Shown: positions 1 to 12,654 of the stretch, piece by piece
Layout: each line of letters opens with the position of its first letter
How positions within the stretch are numbered: the stretch's first letter is position 1
From: Negaprion brevirostris
Taxonomy: Eukaryota
Direction of reading: 5' to 3'
Assembly (NCBI GenBank): GCA_030324005.1
Contig: JARDVH010000042.1
Coordinates: 64,550,759 to 64,614,758 of the forward strand
Length of the DNA stretch: 64,000 nt
Program-made: the position numbers and the translations under genes
Notes under the pieces: generated by a model
The model's input: the letters and a program-made list of their open reading frames with translations, nothing else
Databases searched by the model: none
What the model was told of the DNA's origin: nothing

Positions 1-245
1 CGGTCATGTTGCTCATCACTGTAAGTGACACTCATCCTAATGTGATAGAATAATCTCCTGCGATCAAACCTCCAAAGTGTTAAGAGTCAAATTTCAACAA
101 AAGTTCTGCTCCCTCTGTGCACTGATCTAGCTGCCTTTCACTGCATGGTTACTTTCTGGGAGCCTAGGAAACAATTGCATTAGATGTTAACCTGACATGT
201 CTGTATTAATATTGATCTAATTGAGCAATTAAAACATATTCAACA

Positions 246-377
246 AAAATAATATACTGTGGATGGCGGAATTCCAAACTAAAATGCATGAAATGCTAGA
301 AATACTCACAGGTTTGGTAGCGTCCGTGAACAGAGAAACAGAATTAACTTTTCAGGTCAATTAAAGACCTTTCTTCC
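246..377 (-). mobile_element. Penelope-like element terminal repeat (pseudo-LTR) fragment, inverted relative to the downstream ORF
   Basis: aaatgctagaaatactcacaggtttggtagcgtccgtgaacagagaaacagaattaacttttcaggtc is the reverse complement of the terminal motif seen at 7380-7473, 12394-12552 and 47025-47125, and includes a degenerate hammerhead-like core. Confidence 0.6.
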
Positions 378-544
378 TTCCTGTATGTTAAATACCAAGC
401 TGTCATTCCTGAGGGAATTGCTCAGATGCAGTCTAATGCAGTGGACTTAAGTCTTGAGGTTGGAGACAGTCTCCTGACAGACAATCAATTTCTCTTCTTT
501 TGACCCTCCCCAACCAGCAGCAAAATCCCTGAGCTTGAGCTTTC

Positions 545-1830
545 CTTGGCCTGGCAGCTCTTCACTTCTTCCTCAAACAGAGGTCTGAACAATCCTCATC
601 TATTACCAGTCCTCCGTCTGGCTGAATTGGTTCTCTCACTCAACAATTTCTCCTTTAACTCATCTCATTTCCTCCAAATATAAGGTGTGGCCAGGGGCAC
701 CCGAATGGGTCCCAGTTACAGGTTATGTGAAGCATTCCTTGTTCCAGTCCTACTCCAGCCCTCTCCCACAACTCCTTTATGAGTACATCAACAACTATTT
801 TGGTGCCACTTCATGCTTTCATCCGGATCTGGAAAAATTGATCAATTTTGCTTCCGTGTTCCACCACTTTATCACTGCTACACCATCCATCTCTGACTCT
901 TATCTTCCCTTTCTGGACCTCTTTGTTTCCAAAGATAAAGAGTTCAAAAATCTCCATTCCTAGCTCAACTCCCACAACCACCTTGATTACAGCTCTTCGT
1001 ACCCCACAGTCTTTAAGGACTCCATCCCATCCTCTCAGTTCCCTCACCTCCGCCGCACCTGCTCTGATGATGCCACTTTAAAAATAGTGCTGCCAATACT
1101 TCTTCCATCTTTCTCAATCGTGGTTTTCCACCAACTGGTTGACAGAACTATCAACCATGTCCAACCCAAAACTTGGGCTACTGTCTCACCCTCTCCTCTC
1201 TCTCCCAGAATCAGGAATAGATCCTCCTTGTCCTCAGTTTTAAACCCCAACAGTCTCCGCATTCAAAGGACCATTTTCCACCACCTTCAGCATGATGCCA
1301 CTAATCATCACATCTTCCCCTCATTCACCTGCCCCATCACCATTCCGCAGGGATTGTTCTCTCTGCAACACGTTGGTCTGTTCCTCCATCACACCCAACA
1401 CCTCACCCCTTGTTCATGGCACCTTCTCATGCAGCCGTAGAATTTGCCCCTTTACCTCCTCCCTACTCACTGTCCCAGGTCCTAAACACTCCTTTCAGGT
1501 GAAGAAGCACTTCACATGCATCTCCTTCAATCCAATCTATTGCAATCTTTACTCCCAATGCAGTCTACTCTACATCAGAGAGACAAAACGCACACTGGGT
1601 GACTGCTTTGCTGAACACCTTCAGTCCATCCGCAAGCAGGACCCAAATCTTCCTGTCGCTTGCCAAGTCAACACACCCACCCTGTTCTCCTGTCCACATG
1701 GCCATCCTTGACCTTTTGCAATGTTCTAGTGAACCCCAATGCAAACTGGAGGAACAACACATCATCTTCCGATTGGGCACTTTTTGGCCTTCCAGACTGA
1801 ACACTGAGTTCAAAAATGTCAAAGCACGAA
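545..1830 (+). mobile_element. Degenerate Penelope-like retroelement (RT + GIY-YIG endonuclease), frameshifted
   Basis: Fragments LRLAELVLSLNNFSFNSSHFLQ, GYVKHSLFQSYSSPLPQLLYEYINNY (YIDD-like), FLDLFVS, CSLLYIRETKRTLGDCFAEHL (GIY-YIG) and KLEEQHIIFRLGTFWPSRLNTEF match the PLE pol layout across several frames. Confidence 0.9.
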
Positions 1831-3153
1831 TTCTCCCGTCCGCCTTCATCACATTTCCATTTATTTTATTTCATTTTGTTTAATCTCATTCATCTATTGT
1901 ATCATCCTTCTTTCTGTAAACTAGTCTAGGATAAGAAGGGTTTTGAAATATTCTAATATAACAGCAATTCATAGCAGAGTCAGTTAATTATTTTTGCTTT
2001 CTTTTGTGGAATATCTTTTTTCAAATTAATGCATTTTATCTTAATATAAATTAGAATTGGACTTTTTTTAGGCAGAGCTTATTCTCCAGTCTCAGCACCA
2101 TACCTATTAAAACCAGCACTGAATAACCTATGACCAATAACCTGGGCCAATTCTAGAAAAGTAAAATTCCCCTCTGGCTCTTGAAGATGATAAAACTGAG
2201 TTCCAGGAGATAGAAATGTGCACAAGGCTTGCCAAACCTTTGAGACTGACCTGAAATCTCCAGGAATTAAAGATTAAATTCTTAACTGTGGCAAACAGGT
2301 CAGGAGAAAAATCATAGCACAATTGAAAGAATTGAATGTTTTATTTTGAACATTTCCATTTGTTGGTTATAGCAATATTAGTGGTGCAAATAAAGCTTGC
2401 CTGGAAGTGTCTGAGATACATGTGACAAAACCTCCAAAAATAAATCCCACCAAAGTTGGTAACACTCACGTGCACAAAGGACTATACCCATTATCATGTT
2501 CATTCTTTCACTACAGCAATGTCTTCCTCCTCCAAATACTTGTCCATCATCCTTTTAAACAATTGTAAGCAAGAACCTCACAAAAACTTTACATGCACTG
2601 ATATTGTATTCTATGATCCACTTTTCCACTAGTACCATTTCCATGGCTCCTGTTCAGATACTTGATCTTGTCTTTAGCATTTTATCAGTAATGTTAAGCT
2701 GTTTGACAGCAGAATAGATTATGGAAAGATCCTATTGGTGATATTACTGCCAAACCAGAAGAGAAAATTGCAGCATTTGATGTAGGAGTTATAATTATAA
2801 CACTTAACAAGTTAATTTCTTTCCAAAGGCAGTATTCAGCCATCAATATTTTTACTTTCCTTACAAGATCATGAACTCAGTACTTGCACAATCACATGCA
2901 CCATTTCCAAACACGACAGGACTGGGGGTTTAATTCAACCTCAGCACAACAATCAAAAATGTTTGAATCTAGATGCTATATATTTCTACGCTATGGTAAT
3001 CTAAATTATAAATGGCAAGTGATTTCTTTCAGTAATTTGCACATATTGCTTTTACATTAAAATTAGGTCAGAAGAAAATGGACTCACTGGCAATTCGTGC
3101 TCATCGGTCAACCAAGTGGATCACTTAACTTTAATTAACTATATCTACTAATT

Positions 3154-3370
3154 ATGTTGCTTCAGCTTACTCATTGGCTGTGGTAGCATGCCCTTTTAAG
3201 GGGTGAGATATTTGGGGAGGGGCAGTCACATGATCTATTGGGCTAATTGTGATGAGGTGTGGGACCATGGACTTTCTAACAGTTGGAGTCTGNNNNNNNN
3301 NNTTTATCCCTTGTCTTGCATATAGTTATTTTCCCACAAATAAACCCTTGTTTGTTTATCTGCCTCCTTG
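3154..3370 (+). mobile_element. Probable solo LTR fragment
   Basis: Starts with TGT and contains cccttttaagggg, ggggcagtcacatgatc and an AATAAA near the 3' end, resembling fish/shark Gypsy LTRs; interrupted by a 10-N gap. Confidence 0.35.
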
Positions 3371-5596
3371 CTGGTTATCAGTTCCTCGCAGCTATTACAT
3401 TGGCCATCTAATTTTCAAATTGATTATAAGTCACACTCAATGAATTGGTGCTCTCTTGGCTTTAAAAGATGCACAGTGCATCCAGTTAAATATTTTGACT
3501 CTATTTTATTATCCGAAGTTCAAGTGTTGTGAAAGTGGAATATTTCTATCAGTTCTTCTGGAATTTTGTTCTGATCAGGAGTTGAAGCTGATACAAGTGT
3601 TTGTAGGATTAAGTTTATATTCTGATTAAAATCAGAATTTAAAAATGGTCTGAGGCCAATAACGAGTTAACAATATAATTAGCAGATTGAACAGGTACTT
3701 TTTTTTGTGAGGAAACTTACAGGTGTTAAAGTCAGTTCTAGCATCGATTTTATTCCCTACCCCACTACTAAGAGTGAGATTAAAATCCATACATATCATG
3801 CCCAAAACTGATTTATCATGATCAAATAAGATTATGTTTAGAATTTGGATAATTAGAACTGTGTTAGAAAATGTCCATTTGGGACTGTTACCTGTTCACC
3901 TCAGATTTATTCAGTGAATTTGTGCAGTACTACCGGCTTTGAAGGCCCATTAGTAGTGCAAAGTCAGTGGGAGCATTTGAACTATTGGCTGAAACAGCAG
4001 TCAAATAATCTCTGCCCCTGAAGTCCTTCCCTGTTGTATTGAAGAATTTAAAAAACAATTTAAATGTATCCATTCTGAATGGAAGGCTGCACAACTCCCT
4101 ATAAAACCTAATTTGCTTGTCTAATGCTTGTATAATGTCATCAACAACAACATTAATAACTTGCACTTGAATAGTGCCTTTAGTGCAGAATAATGACACA
4201 AACTGCTTCCTCTGGCAAGGGATAATGATTTTTATTCAGCTTTCTTGTAATACAAAGTGTCAGTGAATTCCCTTATGCAATAATAGATGACAATCTGGGA
4301 AATACTACAAATATCACCAGTCCCAGCTGGAAGGAAGCTCAAAGTGTTGAAGTTCATGCACATGGTCACCTTCGTAGCCACTGAAAATGCAATTCTCATG
4401 GTGCTCAAAGTTTGCCGTTATGCCTGCTGCAGCTGTTAGATTTCAGAAAGACCTCCTTAAGTAAACAGAGAAATTTTGACTTTTCTGAGGTTTAGATAAG
4501 AGAATTGCCTCCTCTGAACCCTANNNNNNNNNNTGTTGAGGACCTCTCTCCCTCTCCTCCTCCTCCATCTTCCAGCAGCTACTCCAGTTGTGTGTCACAT
4601 CTGCTGATTCTCTCAGACATGTTGCATTCCAAGGAAGATGCAAAACAACTGCACACATGTCTGAAAACATATAGTTTGTGCAGAATCCTTGAAGTCAGGA
4701 CAAACTCCTTCAGCACATGCCACACCACTCCCTGTAAACCTTAGCAGCTTTAAATCACTCTGGAAACCATCAAACTCTTCTATAATCACAGCAACATCCA
4801 ATCAGCAAAGCAACCTGAAAGAAGTGGATGATCATTTTACATATCCTAATGGGAGTGAGAGAGTCATTCCTGCTGCTGAATGTGTGTCTAGTTGTACAAG
4901 ATCAAGAGATGGCATTGGCTAGAAAATTTAGTTTCAAAACAGAGCACTTGCATCAAATCATGATTGTACATTAACTCCACAATCTGCTTACTCTACGTAT
5001 TTCCAGAAGACACTCAGATCAAACCCTGTAGACTATGGGATTGTCCATTTCCATTACTCACCTTTGCACAGTTGCTTTTGAAGAGTCTCCTCAATCTCTA
5101 TGAATTTAGGAATGTATCTGGGATAAAAGTTGGCAGCACTGAGCGATGTTGGCAACTCTTTCACATTAAACAGTCAGAAGTGCATGAATGACTTTGATAT
5201 TGTGTATAGGCTTTTCTCCAGTTGCTGCCTGGAAAGTCAAACTCAAATTTTGTGAATTGCATTTGTTCTTGCTGAATTGTGCTGTGTGAGTTGGGTGAGT
5301 ATCGCTGATCGCGTTCTGCTTTGTCCCTTCCACAGAAATAACATCATCAAGTAGTTTGACAGTCACCTGAGCATCTGACAAGATTGAAGAAACAGTTTTC
5401 TGGAATGTTGTGCTTGGTGCTGAGCTTAGTCCATGGGGCGGAAAGGGGTGCATTCTTTGGATACACTTTATGAGTGACAAAAGCTGTTAGAACTAACTTT
5501 GACTCTGCTTGTAGTATCTGAAGATAGTTTGGATGTTTGTGGAGCTTTATGAAGACTGTAGAATTATGAAATGATGCTGTTAGTTCTTGGATTACT

Positions 5597-5927
5597 GGGC
5601 GGCATGATAGCACAATGGTTAGCAGTGCTGCTTCACAGCTCCAGGGACCTGGGTTCGATTCCCAGCTCAGGTCATTGTCTGTGTGGAGTTTGCACATTCT
5701 CCTCATGTCTGTGTGGGTTTCCTCCCACAGTACAAAGATGTGCGGGTTAGGTTGATTGGCCATGTTAAGAAATTGCCCCTTAGTGTCCAGGGATGCATAG
5801 GTCAGACGGATTATTGGGTATAATATATAGGGATACGGGGGTAGGGCCTGGGTGGGATTGTGTTCGGTGCGGAATCGATGGGCCAAAGGACCTCTTTCTG
5901 CACTGTAGGGTTCAGTGATTCTGATTC
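5597..5927 (+). mobile_element. HE1-type tRNA-derived SINE, full length, CR1-type tail
   Basis: A-box-like tagcacaatgg, B-box ggttcgattcc, central gtctgtgtggagtttgcacattctcc, CR1-like tail gatgggccaaaggacctctttctgcactgtaggg; likely TSD tggattactgg (5588-5598) / tggattgctgg (5928-5938). Confidence 0.9.
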
Positions 5928-6621
5928 TGGATTGCTGGAAGTGGATATTTATCTGGAATGATTGCTTTGTTGATTGTTGTAAGGTCAATGCATAGTCTAA
6001 GTTCACAATGACTATGTTCGATATCCAGGGTGATGAATCAATTCGTTCAGTGATCCTGTCTGCTTCTGGTCATCTCATCTCCTGTGTCACTTCAGCATCA
6101 AGTGCAAATGGCAACCTTCTCAAATTGTTGTGACAGGCAGAATTGTGGTGTCAACACGAGGAGTAATGACAGTATCCCTTGGTCTCCTAATGAAGGAAGG
6201 AAGGATACCATTTTATGTAGTCTGTGTCATCAATCACATTATTCTGCGTTCCAGTGAAGTCAGCAAGTTTGAAGCCAAGCTTTACCCCAATAAGATTTCT
6301 ACGTTCAGCTAAATAGAATGAGAACCTGTTGAGGGTTACCTTTCGATAGCATACTCAAACTGTAATCATCCCCAAAACCAGAATAATAGAGTCAATGTAA
6401 GTTTGAAAAGCATCATCACAAGAGTGAAAGAAAGTTGTGAAATGAACAGATGGTGGAGTTTGTTCTCAGTGTCAATACTTTCACACCAACATCAATGATG
6501 AGCAACGCTGCGGTGATTTTAATTCTACAATCCTTAAAATTACCTGATGCTTTATGATGGGTGATCTTTCAATGAGGTAGATTACAGCCTTCTGAAATCA
6601 ACATTGAGTCCAACAACTTTA

Positions 6622-7359
6622 GACTGTGAATTTTCCCTTCCATCCTGACCTCTTATTGTTGCTGGTCTGGTGAGTGCTCCACAACCTGATGCAGCAGCAG
6701 GAGATACCCTCAAGGAGGAGGAGGGGGAGGAGGAGGAGTGGCCGAATGTTTTTGAGGAGGAGGATGCCCAGGAGGATATGGAGGACGAGGCCGAGGACAA
6801 GCCAGAGGATGGAGGCAAGATGGCTGCAAGGGTCCAGCAGGGCAGGTTGGTAAGGGAGGCCCTCGTCGTCCCAAGGCTGTCTGATAGGAGGGCATGGAAT
6901 ACACTACCTCCAACCACCCACTTGCCCTTATCCCTCACTTCTTAAACACACTCCCCACCATGGGTCCCATTGACATCACACCAGGGTGATGAGTCTGGGT
7001 TGGCTGTATTAGCAAGTTTCTGGTCTAGACAAGAGGGTGATAATCACCTGCTATGTAGCACACTGTGATGCTGCCCTCATGCAATAAAAAGTCTGACTTC
7101 TACCTGTTCTCTGACTGTACACTGGCAGCAGGGGCTAAGTCTGACTGAGGGTTAGGGGCTATGCAGCCTTATGCCCTAGGGGTGGGGGTAGGGTGTTGCT
7201 GGTCCTAGGTTCTGATGGGTACAGTGGATGCCATCCAAGGCTGTCTATCAATGTGGGCCGACATGGCCCCCACAGCTGGAACTGCTTGAGTGTCCATCAG
7301 GGACAGGAGCAGAAGAGCCGGCTGTTTCCTTGCTGAAATTGTTTGGGAAAATTCTACCC
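6622..7359 (+). mobile_element. Internally deleted PIF/Harbinger transposon (transposase acidic C-terminus)
   Basis: Imperfect TIRs gactgtgaattttccc ... gggaaaattctaccc; encodes EEEGEEEEW..EEEDAQEDMEDEAED..QQGRLVREALVV, resembling Harbinger transposase C-termini. Confidence 0.7.
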
Positions 7360-7379
7360 AATATTTCTATCCCTCCTCA

Positions 7380-7473
7380 ATTCTGTAGAGGACTCATACT
7401 GACTTGAAACATTAACTCTGTTTCTCTGTCCACAGATGTTGCCAGACAGCATTATCCAGCATTTTCTGTTTTC
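7380..7473 (+). mobile_element. Penelope-type terminal repeat fragment with degenerate hammerhead core
   Basis: ttCTGTAGAggactcatactgacttGAAAcattaactctgtttctctgtccacagatgttgccagac..ccagcattttctgtttt. Confidence 0.6.
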
Positions 7474-7934
7474 CCACATTCCCACACGTGTCAAAGACCT
7501 CTTCTTGAATGACATGGATACTTTTGCAAAATGATTGCAATTTAAGCATGAATGAGACTCCTCTCCTTGTGCTGACGGGTATTGATGGGTATCTATGCAA
7601 TTTTAGTACAATTTTGAGGATATCAGAGAGTGATGGTCTCTCTGATATCTCTGGCAGAATATGTATCGTTTGACCATCATACTTTTCTTTAGCCTGAAAT
7701 AATTTTTGAGAGAATGTATCAGCATACCAAAGGTCTTCTATAAGCTGATCAAATACACACTGGCCTTTTGCTCCATGACTTGTTGAGTGTTGCCTTCATG
7801 AGGGTCACTACTACATGCAGAAAGTCCATCTCAACAGTGAACAAGTAGATCTTGAACCATAATGTCGATTGGTCCCACAGCATGAATGGATTTTCTGGTG
7901 AAGAATGGTCAAAGGCTAGGAATCCTGTGCTGAG

Positions 7935-8450
7935 TAACTCACCTCCTGATTCTCCAAAGCCTGTACATCATTTACAAGGTACAAGTCAGGAGTGTAATGG
8001 AATGCCCTCCACTTGCTGGATAAGTGCAGCCCCAACAATACTCAAGAAGCTTAGCACCATCTAGGACAAAGAAGCCCAGCTGAATGGCACCCCATCCACA
8101 AACATACACTCCCTCCAATGCACAGTAACAGTTATGTGTACCATCTATAAGATGCAGTGCAGGAACTCACCAAGTCTCCTTCGACAATCCCTTCCAAGCC
8201 CATGACCACTACCAATTAGAAGGACAAGGGCAGCAGATACATTGAAACACCACCACCTGGAAGCTCCCCTTCAAGTCACAGCATTCCTTTGCTGTCATTG
8301 GATCAAAAGCCTGGAACTCCCTACCTAGCAGCATTGTGGGTGTACCTAAACCACATGGACTGCAGCAGTTCAAGAAGGCAGCTCACCACCACTGTCTCAA
8401 AGGCAATACTGGCCTAGCTAGTGATACCAACATCCCATAGATGAAAACAA
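7935..8450 (+). mobile_element. 3' portion of a non-LTR retrotransposon (CR1/L2-group LINE)
   Basis: YKVQVRSVMECPPL / WISAAPTILKKLSTI*DKEAQL resembles a LINE ORF2 C-terminus, followed by a 3' UTR ending gataccaacatccca. Confidence 0.75.
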
Positions 8451-9379
8451 AAATACAGACACACACTTTCAAACATCAAACAACTGAATAGTACACTAAA
8501 GACCTTTCTAATCAAGGAATCTAATTGATTTATAATGTCTTGATTCTTGTTGCATTTTTGTTTTAAATATCAAGATTTTTTCCTGCTGTCTACCTCAATT
8601 CCTAGAACTTGTTAAATTTTAACCAGAGTCCCAACTTTTTACTATTTCAGATCCTATGCAATCTATTCTGAATTATCCATTAGACATTTAACGCTTTGAA
8701 TTTCGCTGTACACATTGCAGCACTACAAATTCAGCATGTACATTTCATTCACAGTCATAATATATGAAATATACCTTAAATCATCTGCCATACTCTGATT
8801 CTCAAAATGGGCTAAATCAATGATGAGTGGCCTAACAAATCTATTTAGGCTTGCAATGACTCTCCATGTGGAGGATGTGGCCAAATATTTTACACCAACT
8901 TTATTCTGAAGGGTCTTAAATTCTCATAAATTTGGTAGGTGGCTAAACATTTTGTTATGTCCGATAAAGGCTTGTGCTGTTCACAACTTCAAATATGGAT
9001 GGCATTGAATGGACTTACAAAAAGAAAAGCCACCCATGGGTTGATACCTACTATTCTTTGTGATTTACCCAAAACTCAAAATTTATAGACTTCTAAGTCC
9101 ATTGTATCCAAGCTCGATATCCAACAAAGGAAAACTATAGAAATTAGTTAATCACAAATAGGTATGAATGGCCATCATCTATCTCTCATTGTGTAACACA
9201 GTCTGTCCAAGTTCAGATTGGGTAATTAGTTACTCACATGCCGATCATGAGCATCTCCCACCTCCCTTTATTTTCAAGCATGCACTTCATACACCTGTGA
9301 ACATCAATGATTAATGATTGTGGAGGATTGTCCACACTTGTCTGCCAATAGCAATTCTTAATTATTCCTCATTATATTC

Positions 9380-9610
9380 ACAGAATCCCTAGAGTACAGA
9401 AGAAGTCTATCTGGCCCATTGAGTCTGCACCAACTCTTACCTATTCCTACCCTGTAACCTCACATATTTAGCCCACTAAATGGCCAATTCACCTAATTTG
9501 CACATCTTTGGACAGTGGGAGGAAATCCACGCAGACATGGAGAAAACATTTGAACCCATATCTCTGGCACTGTAAGGCAGCAGTGCTAACCAGTGTGCCA
9601 CCATGCTGAC
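9380..9610 (-). mobile_element. HE1-type SINE, internally deleted
   Basis: Reverse complement of HE1 head (ggcagcagtgctaaccagtgtgccacc) and tail (cagaatccctagagtacagaagaag). Confidence 0.8.
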
Positions 9611-9714
9611 CCTTGATGATGAAGAATTCAGGTTCAGAATAGTCATGCATATTCATTTAATTTGTGCTGCTCAGTCTGTGGGCCGATAATCTGCATTGCA
9701 GAATTAAGTGATCT

Positions 9715-9930
9715 TCTCTGGTTTACTCCCACATTCCAAAGATAGAAAGGTTAGATGAATTCACCATGCTAAATTGCTCCTTAGCACCCAAAGATTATAG
9801 GTAAATAAGTGAGATTATGGGGATAGGACAAGGAGGTAGGGCTTGGGTGGAATGTTCTTTCAGAGGATTGGTGCAGAATCAATGGGCCAAATTGGCCTCC
9901 TTCGGCACTGTAGGAACTCTTTGCTTCTAT
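9715..9930 (+). mobile_element. HE1-type SINE, 5'-truncated
   Basis: ggtttactcccacattccaaagat..ccatgctaaattg..atgggccaaattggcctccttcggcactgtagg. Confidence 0.75.
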
Positions 9931-9934
9931 GGTT

Positions 9935-10205
9935 CAAAAGGTGAGGGTGACTGACCTTGACATCAAGGCAATATTTGATTCAATGTGGCACGAAGAAGCC
10001 TTAGCAAAACTGAAGTTAACGAGAATCAGGCAGAAAGCTCTCCTCTGCTTGGAATCATACCAAGGACAAAGGAAGATGGTTGTGGTTGTCGGAGGTCAAA
10101 CATCTCAGTCACAGGGCATCACTGCAGGACTTCCTTAGGGTGGTGTCCTAGGCCCAACTGCTTCATTAAGAACCTTCCTTCCATCATAAGGACATTAATG
10201 AAGAT
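9935..10205 (+). mobile_element. LINE reverse transcriptase fragment
   Basis: VRVTDLDIKAIFDSMWHEEALAKL..LESYQGQRKMVVVVGGQTSQSQGITAGLP*GGVLGP corresponds to RT motifs LDxxxAFD and GxPQGSVLGP. Confidence 0.85.
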
Positions 10206-10262
10206 GTGTATAGCATGGTAAATTCACCTAACCTATACATCTTTGGAATGTAGGAGTAAACC

Positions 10263-10405
10263 ATAAGCTCATAAGAACTACGAGCAGGCTATGCAATTCA
10301 GCCCCTCGAGTCTGCTCCGCCATTTGATACGATCATGGCTGATCTTTCCTTGGCCGCAACTTCACTTCCCGTCTGTTCCTCACAACTCTTCATCCTGCTA
10401 CTAAT
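10263..10405 (-). mobile_element. CR1 LINE 3' end fragment
   Basis: cataagaactacgagcagg..attcagcccctcgagtctgctccgccatttgatacgatcatggctgatc is the reverse complement of the CR1 3' UTR. Confidence 0.7.
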
Positions 10406-11964
10406 TGTGCAATGTTCACATCTGGCCTGCCAAGTATTCCACCTGCCATATATGTTGAACGGTAGACACTAGAATGTGTTGCGCACTTCCCTTAACTTGG
10501 CAGTCACCTCTCTCAAAAAGTCAGTAGTGATGAGTGGAATTATCATTGGATCAGCTGTCCAGCAGAGCCTCCGACTATTGGATTGTTAAGATGATAAATT
10601 GAGATTACTGAGACTTTGAGCTGCTTGGCAACAGTTTATCCTTGCAGAAAATATATCACTAACACCTGAATGTTATCCGTGGACTGTTATTGCATAAATT
10701 ATCCAAAGAGTTTGGTGCATCACAACTCAAGTGATCATCTCCAGAATTTCATAAGTCTATTATTTCGACCTGTGATTTATCTACCCAAAAATTAAGTTAT
10801 GCCAATATGTGGATTTGCAGCGAAGAGAACTGCTCAGCGCAGTAACGAGCCATATATCTGCAACAGCCAGTTTGGCACTGAACAAGTATTGTAGGCTACA
10901 ATTAGACTAAAAATGGCAAAAAATAGTTGAAGCAGGAGCACTGTTCCATGATCATAAATCTAAGCTAATCAAAATGTCTTCAGTTCAGTCTAGCCAGGAC
11001 ATAACTGAACTCTGCTTGCCTCATTATTGACTAGGATTATACTGCTTTGAAAAATGGCAAAATTCCCACTCTTGGAGCTGGAAATTTCCCTTTCCTGTTG
11101 AGCAAATAAACAGAAATCTGGAGGAAAGAAAATGATATGCGGTCTGTACTTCAGGTGCTGCGGTTCTGTTTATGGTATACGCAGCCTCCAGTGAATTAAA
11201 CTTTTGCGGTGATAGCACAGTGCTTGGCGTTTTCTGTAATATTTTTAATGGGGAAAGTAATCATTATTCCAGTATCGCTCACACATAAAATATAGAAAAG
11301 TATTACACTTCAGAATATCATTTGAAAGAACTTTGATTTCATGCATGAGTTAACGAATGTGGGCATAAAGAATTCTAATTTATTTACATCTTCGAAAATG
11401 CATTTGTTATAAACTCATGATGCAAATATACTTTTGTAGGACACACATATAATGGCATTTTTTTTTGTCCCTAACCACATACCCACTCCCTGCCACAACC
11501 CTGCTCCATCCCATTTGGTGTATTTAATTTGTCTAACAGTGCTGCCTGGGGCCAAAGTTTAAGGCAAAGCAGAACAATGAGGCAGAACTATTGAAACATG
11601 TTAAATGTTCATAAACCAGTTCCCTCTGGGGTGATTTCAATATCATTCAGTAATAAATGATTTCTCTCTCACATCTATCCTGCAAATAGCCTCTCTGCGT
11701 ATTATAACTTTCCTTGCCTGTTTCTCTATTTCATTGAGAATATTATGATCATTGCTCTCTTCTCAAAACTCGTCATTCAATTCCAAAATTAGGATTTACC
11801 TTGCCAACTTTCCATCTTCTGTCTTTCCTTCATCTTATACACTTCAGAACTTTGAAATCCAAGCTCAGTGCTTCCTAATTACTACTTCCACATTTACCTT
11901 ATCTCTTTTATTGTTTGTGGGACATAAACCTGTTCCCTGTACCACACTCTTTGACCCATCCCCA

Positions 11965-12552
11965 AAAAGAAAATCTCAACAGGTCTGGCAGCATCTGTAA
12001 GGAGAGAAAAGAGCTGATGCTTCGAGTCCAAATAACCCTTTGTCAAAGCTAAAAGGCATAGAAAGTGGGAGATGAAGATGTGGGGGTGAGAGGGTGGGTG
12101 GGAGAGAAGTAAACTTGAGAAAAGCAGGACAAGAGGGGGGAACAGGTAAAGAAAGGGGGCGTTAAAATAGGAGGATGTATGAGGGGAAGAAATATAAAGA
12201 AAGACAATAAAGAATTAAAAGGTAGAGAACTATATCTTCATCTGTCACAGCTTACCCTCTGATTTCAGATTCTCTGCCTTTTAGCCAATCACAACTTTTA
12301 TTCTCTCTATGGATTGCTATTAGCAGCCTTTCCCTTGTTTTTGTGGCTTTGACTCATCTTTGATTCCCTCACCCTGCAGTATNNNNNNNNNNTATCTCCC
12401 ACTTTCTATGCCTTTTAGCTTTGACAAAGAGTCATCTGGACTCGAAGCGTCAGCTCCTTTCTCTCTTTACAGATGCTGTCAGATCTGCTGAGGTTTTCCA
12501 GCATTTTGTCTTTTGGTTTCAGATTCCAGCATCCTCAGTAATTAGTTTTTAT
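11965..12552. mobile_element. Non-autonomous Penelope-type unit bounded by ~103-bp inverted repeats
   Basis: 11970-12073 is the reverse complement of 12394-12497 at roughly 90% identity by eye; each arm has a hammerhead-like motif. Confidence 0.8.
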
Positions 12553-12654
12553 CCACTGTGACCGTTCACCTTGGTAATAAATTCTGGTTGACAAATTCAT
12601 CAGACTGCTTTGAGGCTATAGCAAGTAGAATGGATAAAGGAGATCCTGTCGGTG

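Larger units (their letters stand above)
4960..7900 (-). mobile_element. Degenerate Ty3/Gypsy LTR retrotransposon (gag-protease-RT) with nested insertions
   Basis: Minus-strand pieces: LRRLPFALDAEV, ERIDSSPWISNIVIV, RLCIDLTTINKAIIPDKYPLP, VIQELTASFHNSTVFIKL, LTAFVTHK, GLSSAPSTTFQKTVSSIL..KLLDDVI (YLDD-like); protease-like LIIDVGVKV at ~6480-6500; Cys/His knuckle remnant at ~7520-7600. Confidence 0.85.

Noticed and set aside
5597-5670. tRNA-like A/B boxes
   Set aside because: These are SINE heads continuing into SINE core and tail, with no full cloverleaf; not tRNA genes.
5347-6006. 219-aa ORF, the longest gap-free ORF in the track
   Set aside because: A chance read-through of Gypsy RT fragments and an antisense HE1 SINE; not a gene.
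6670-6945. Acidic 91-aa ORF as a host gene
   Set aside because: Lies between Harbinger-type TIRs and resembles a transposase C-terminus.
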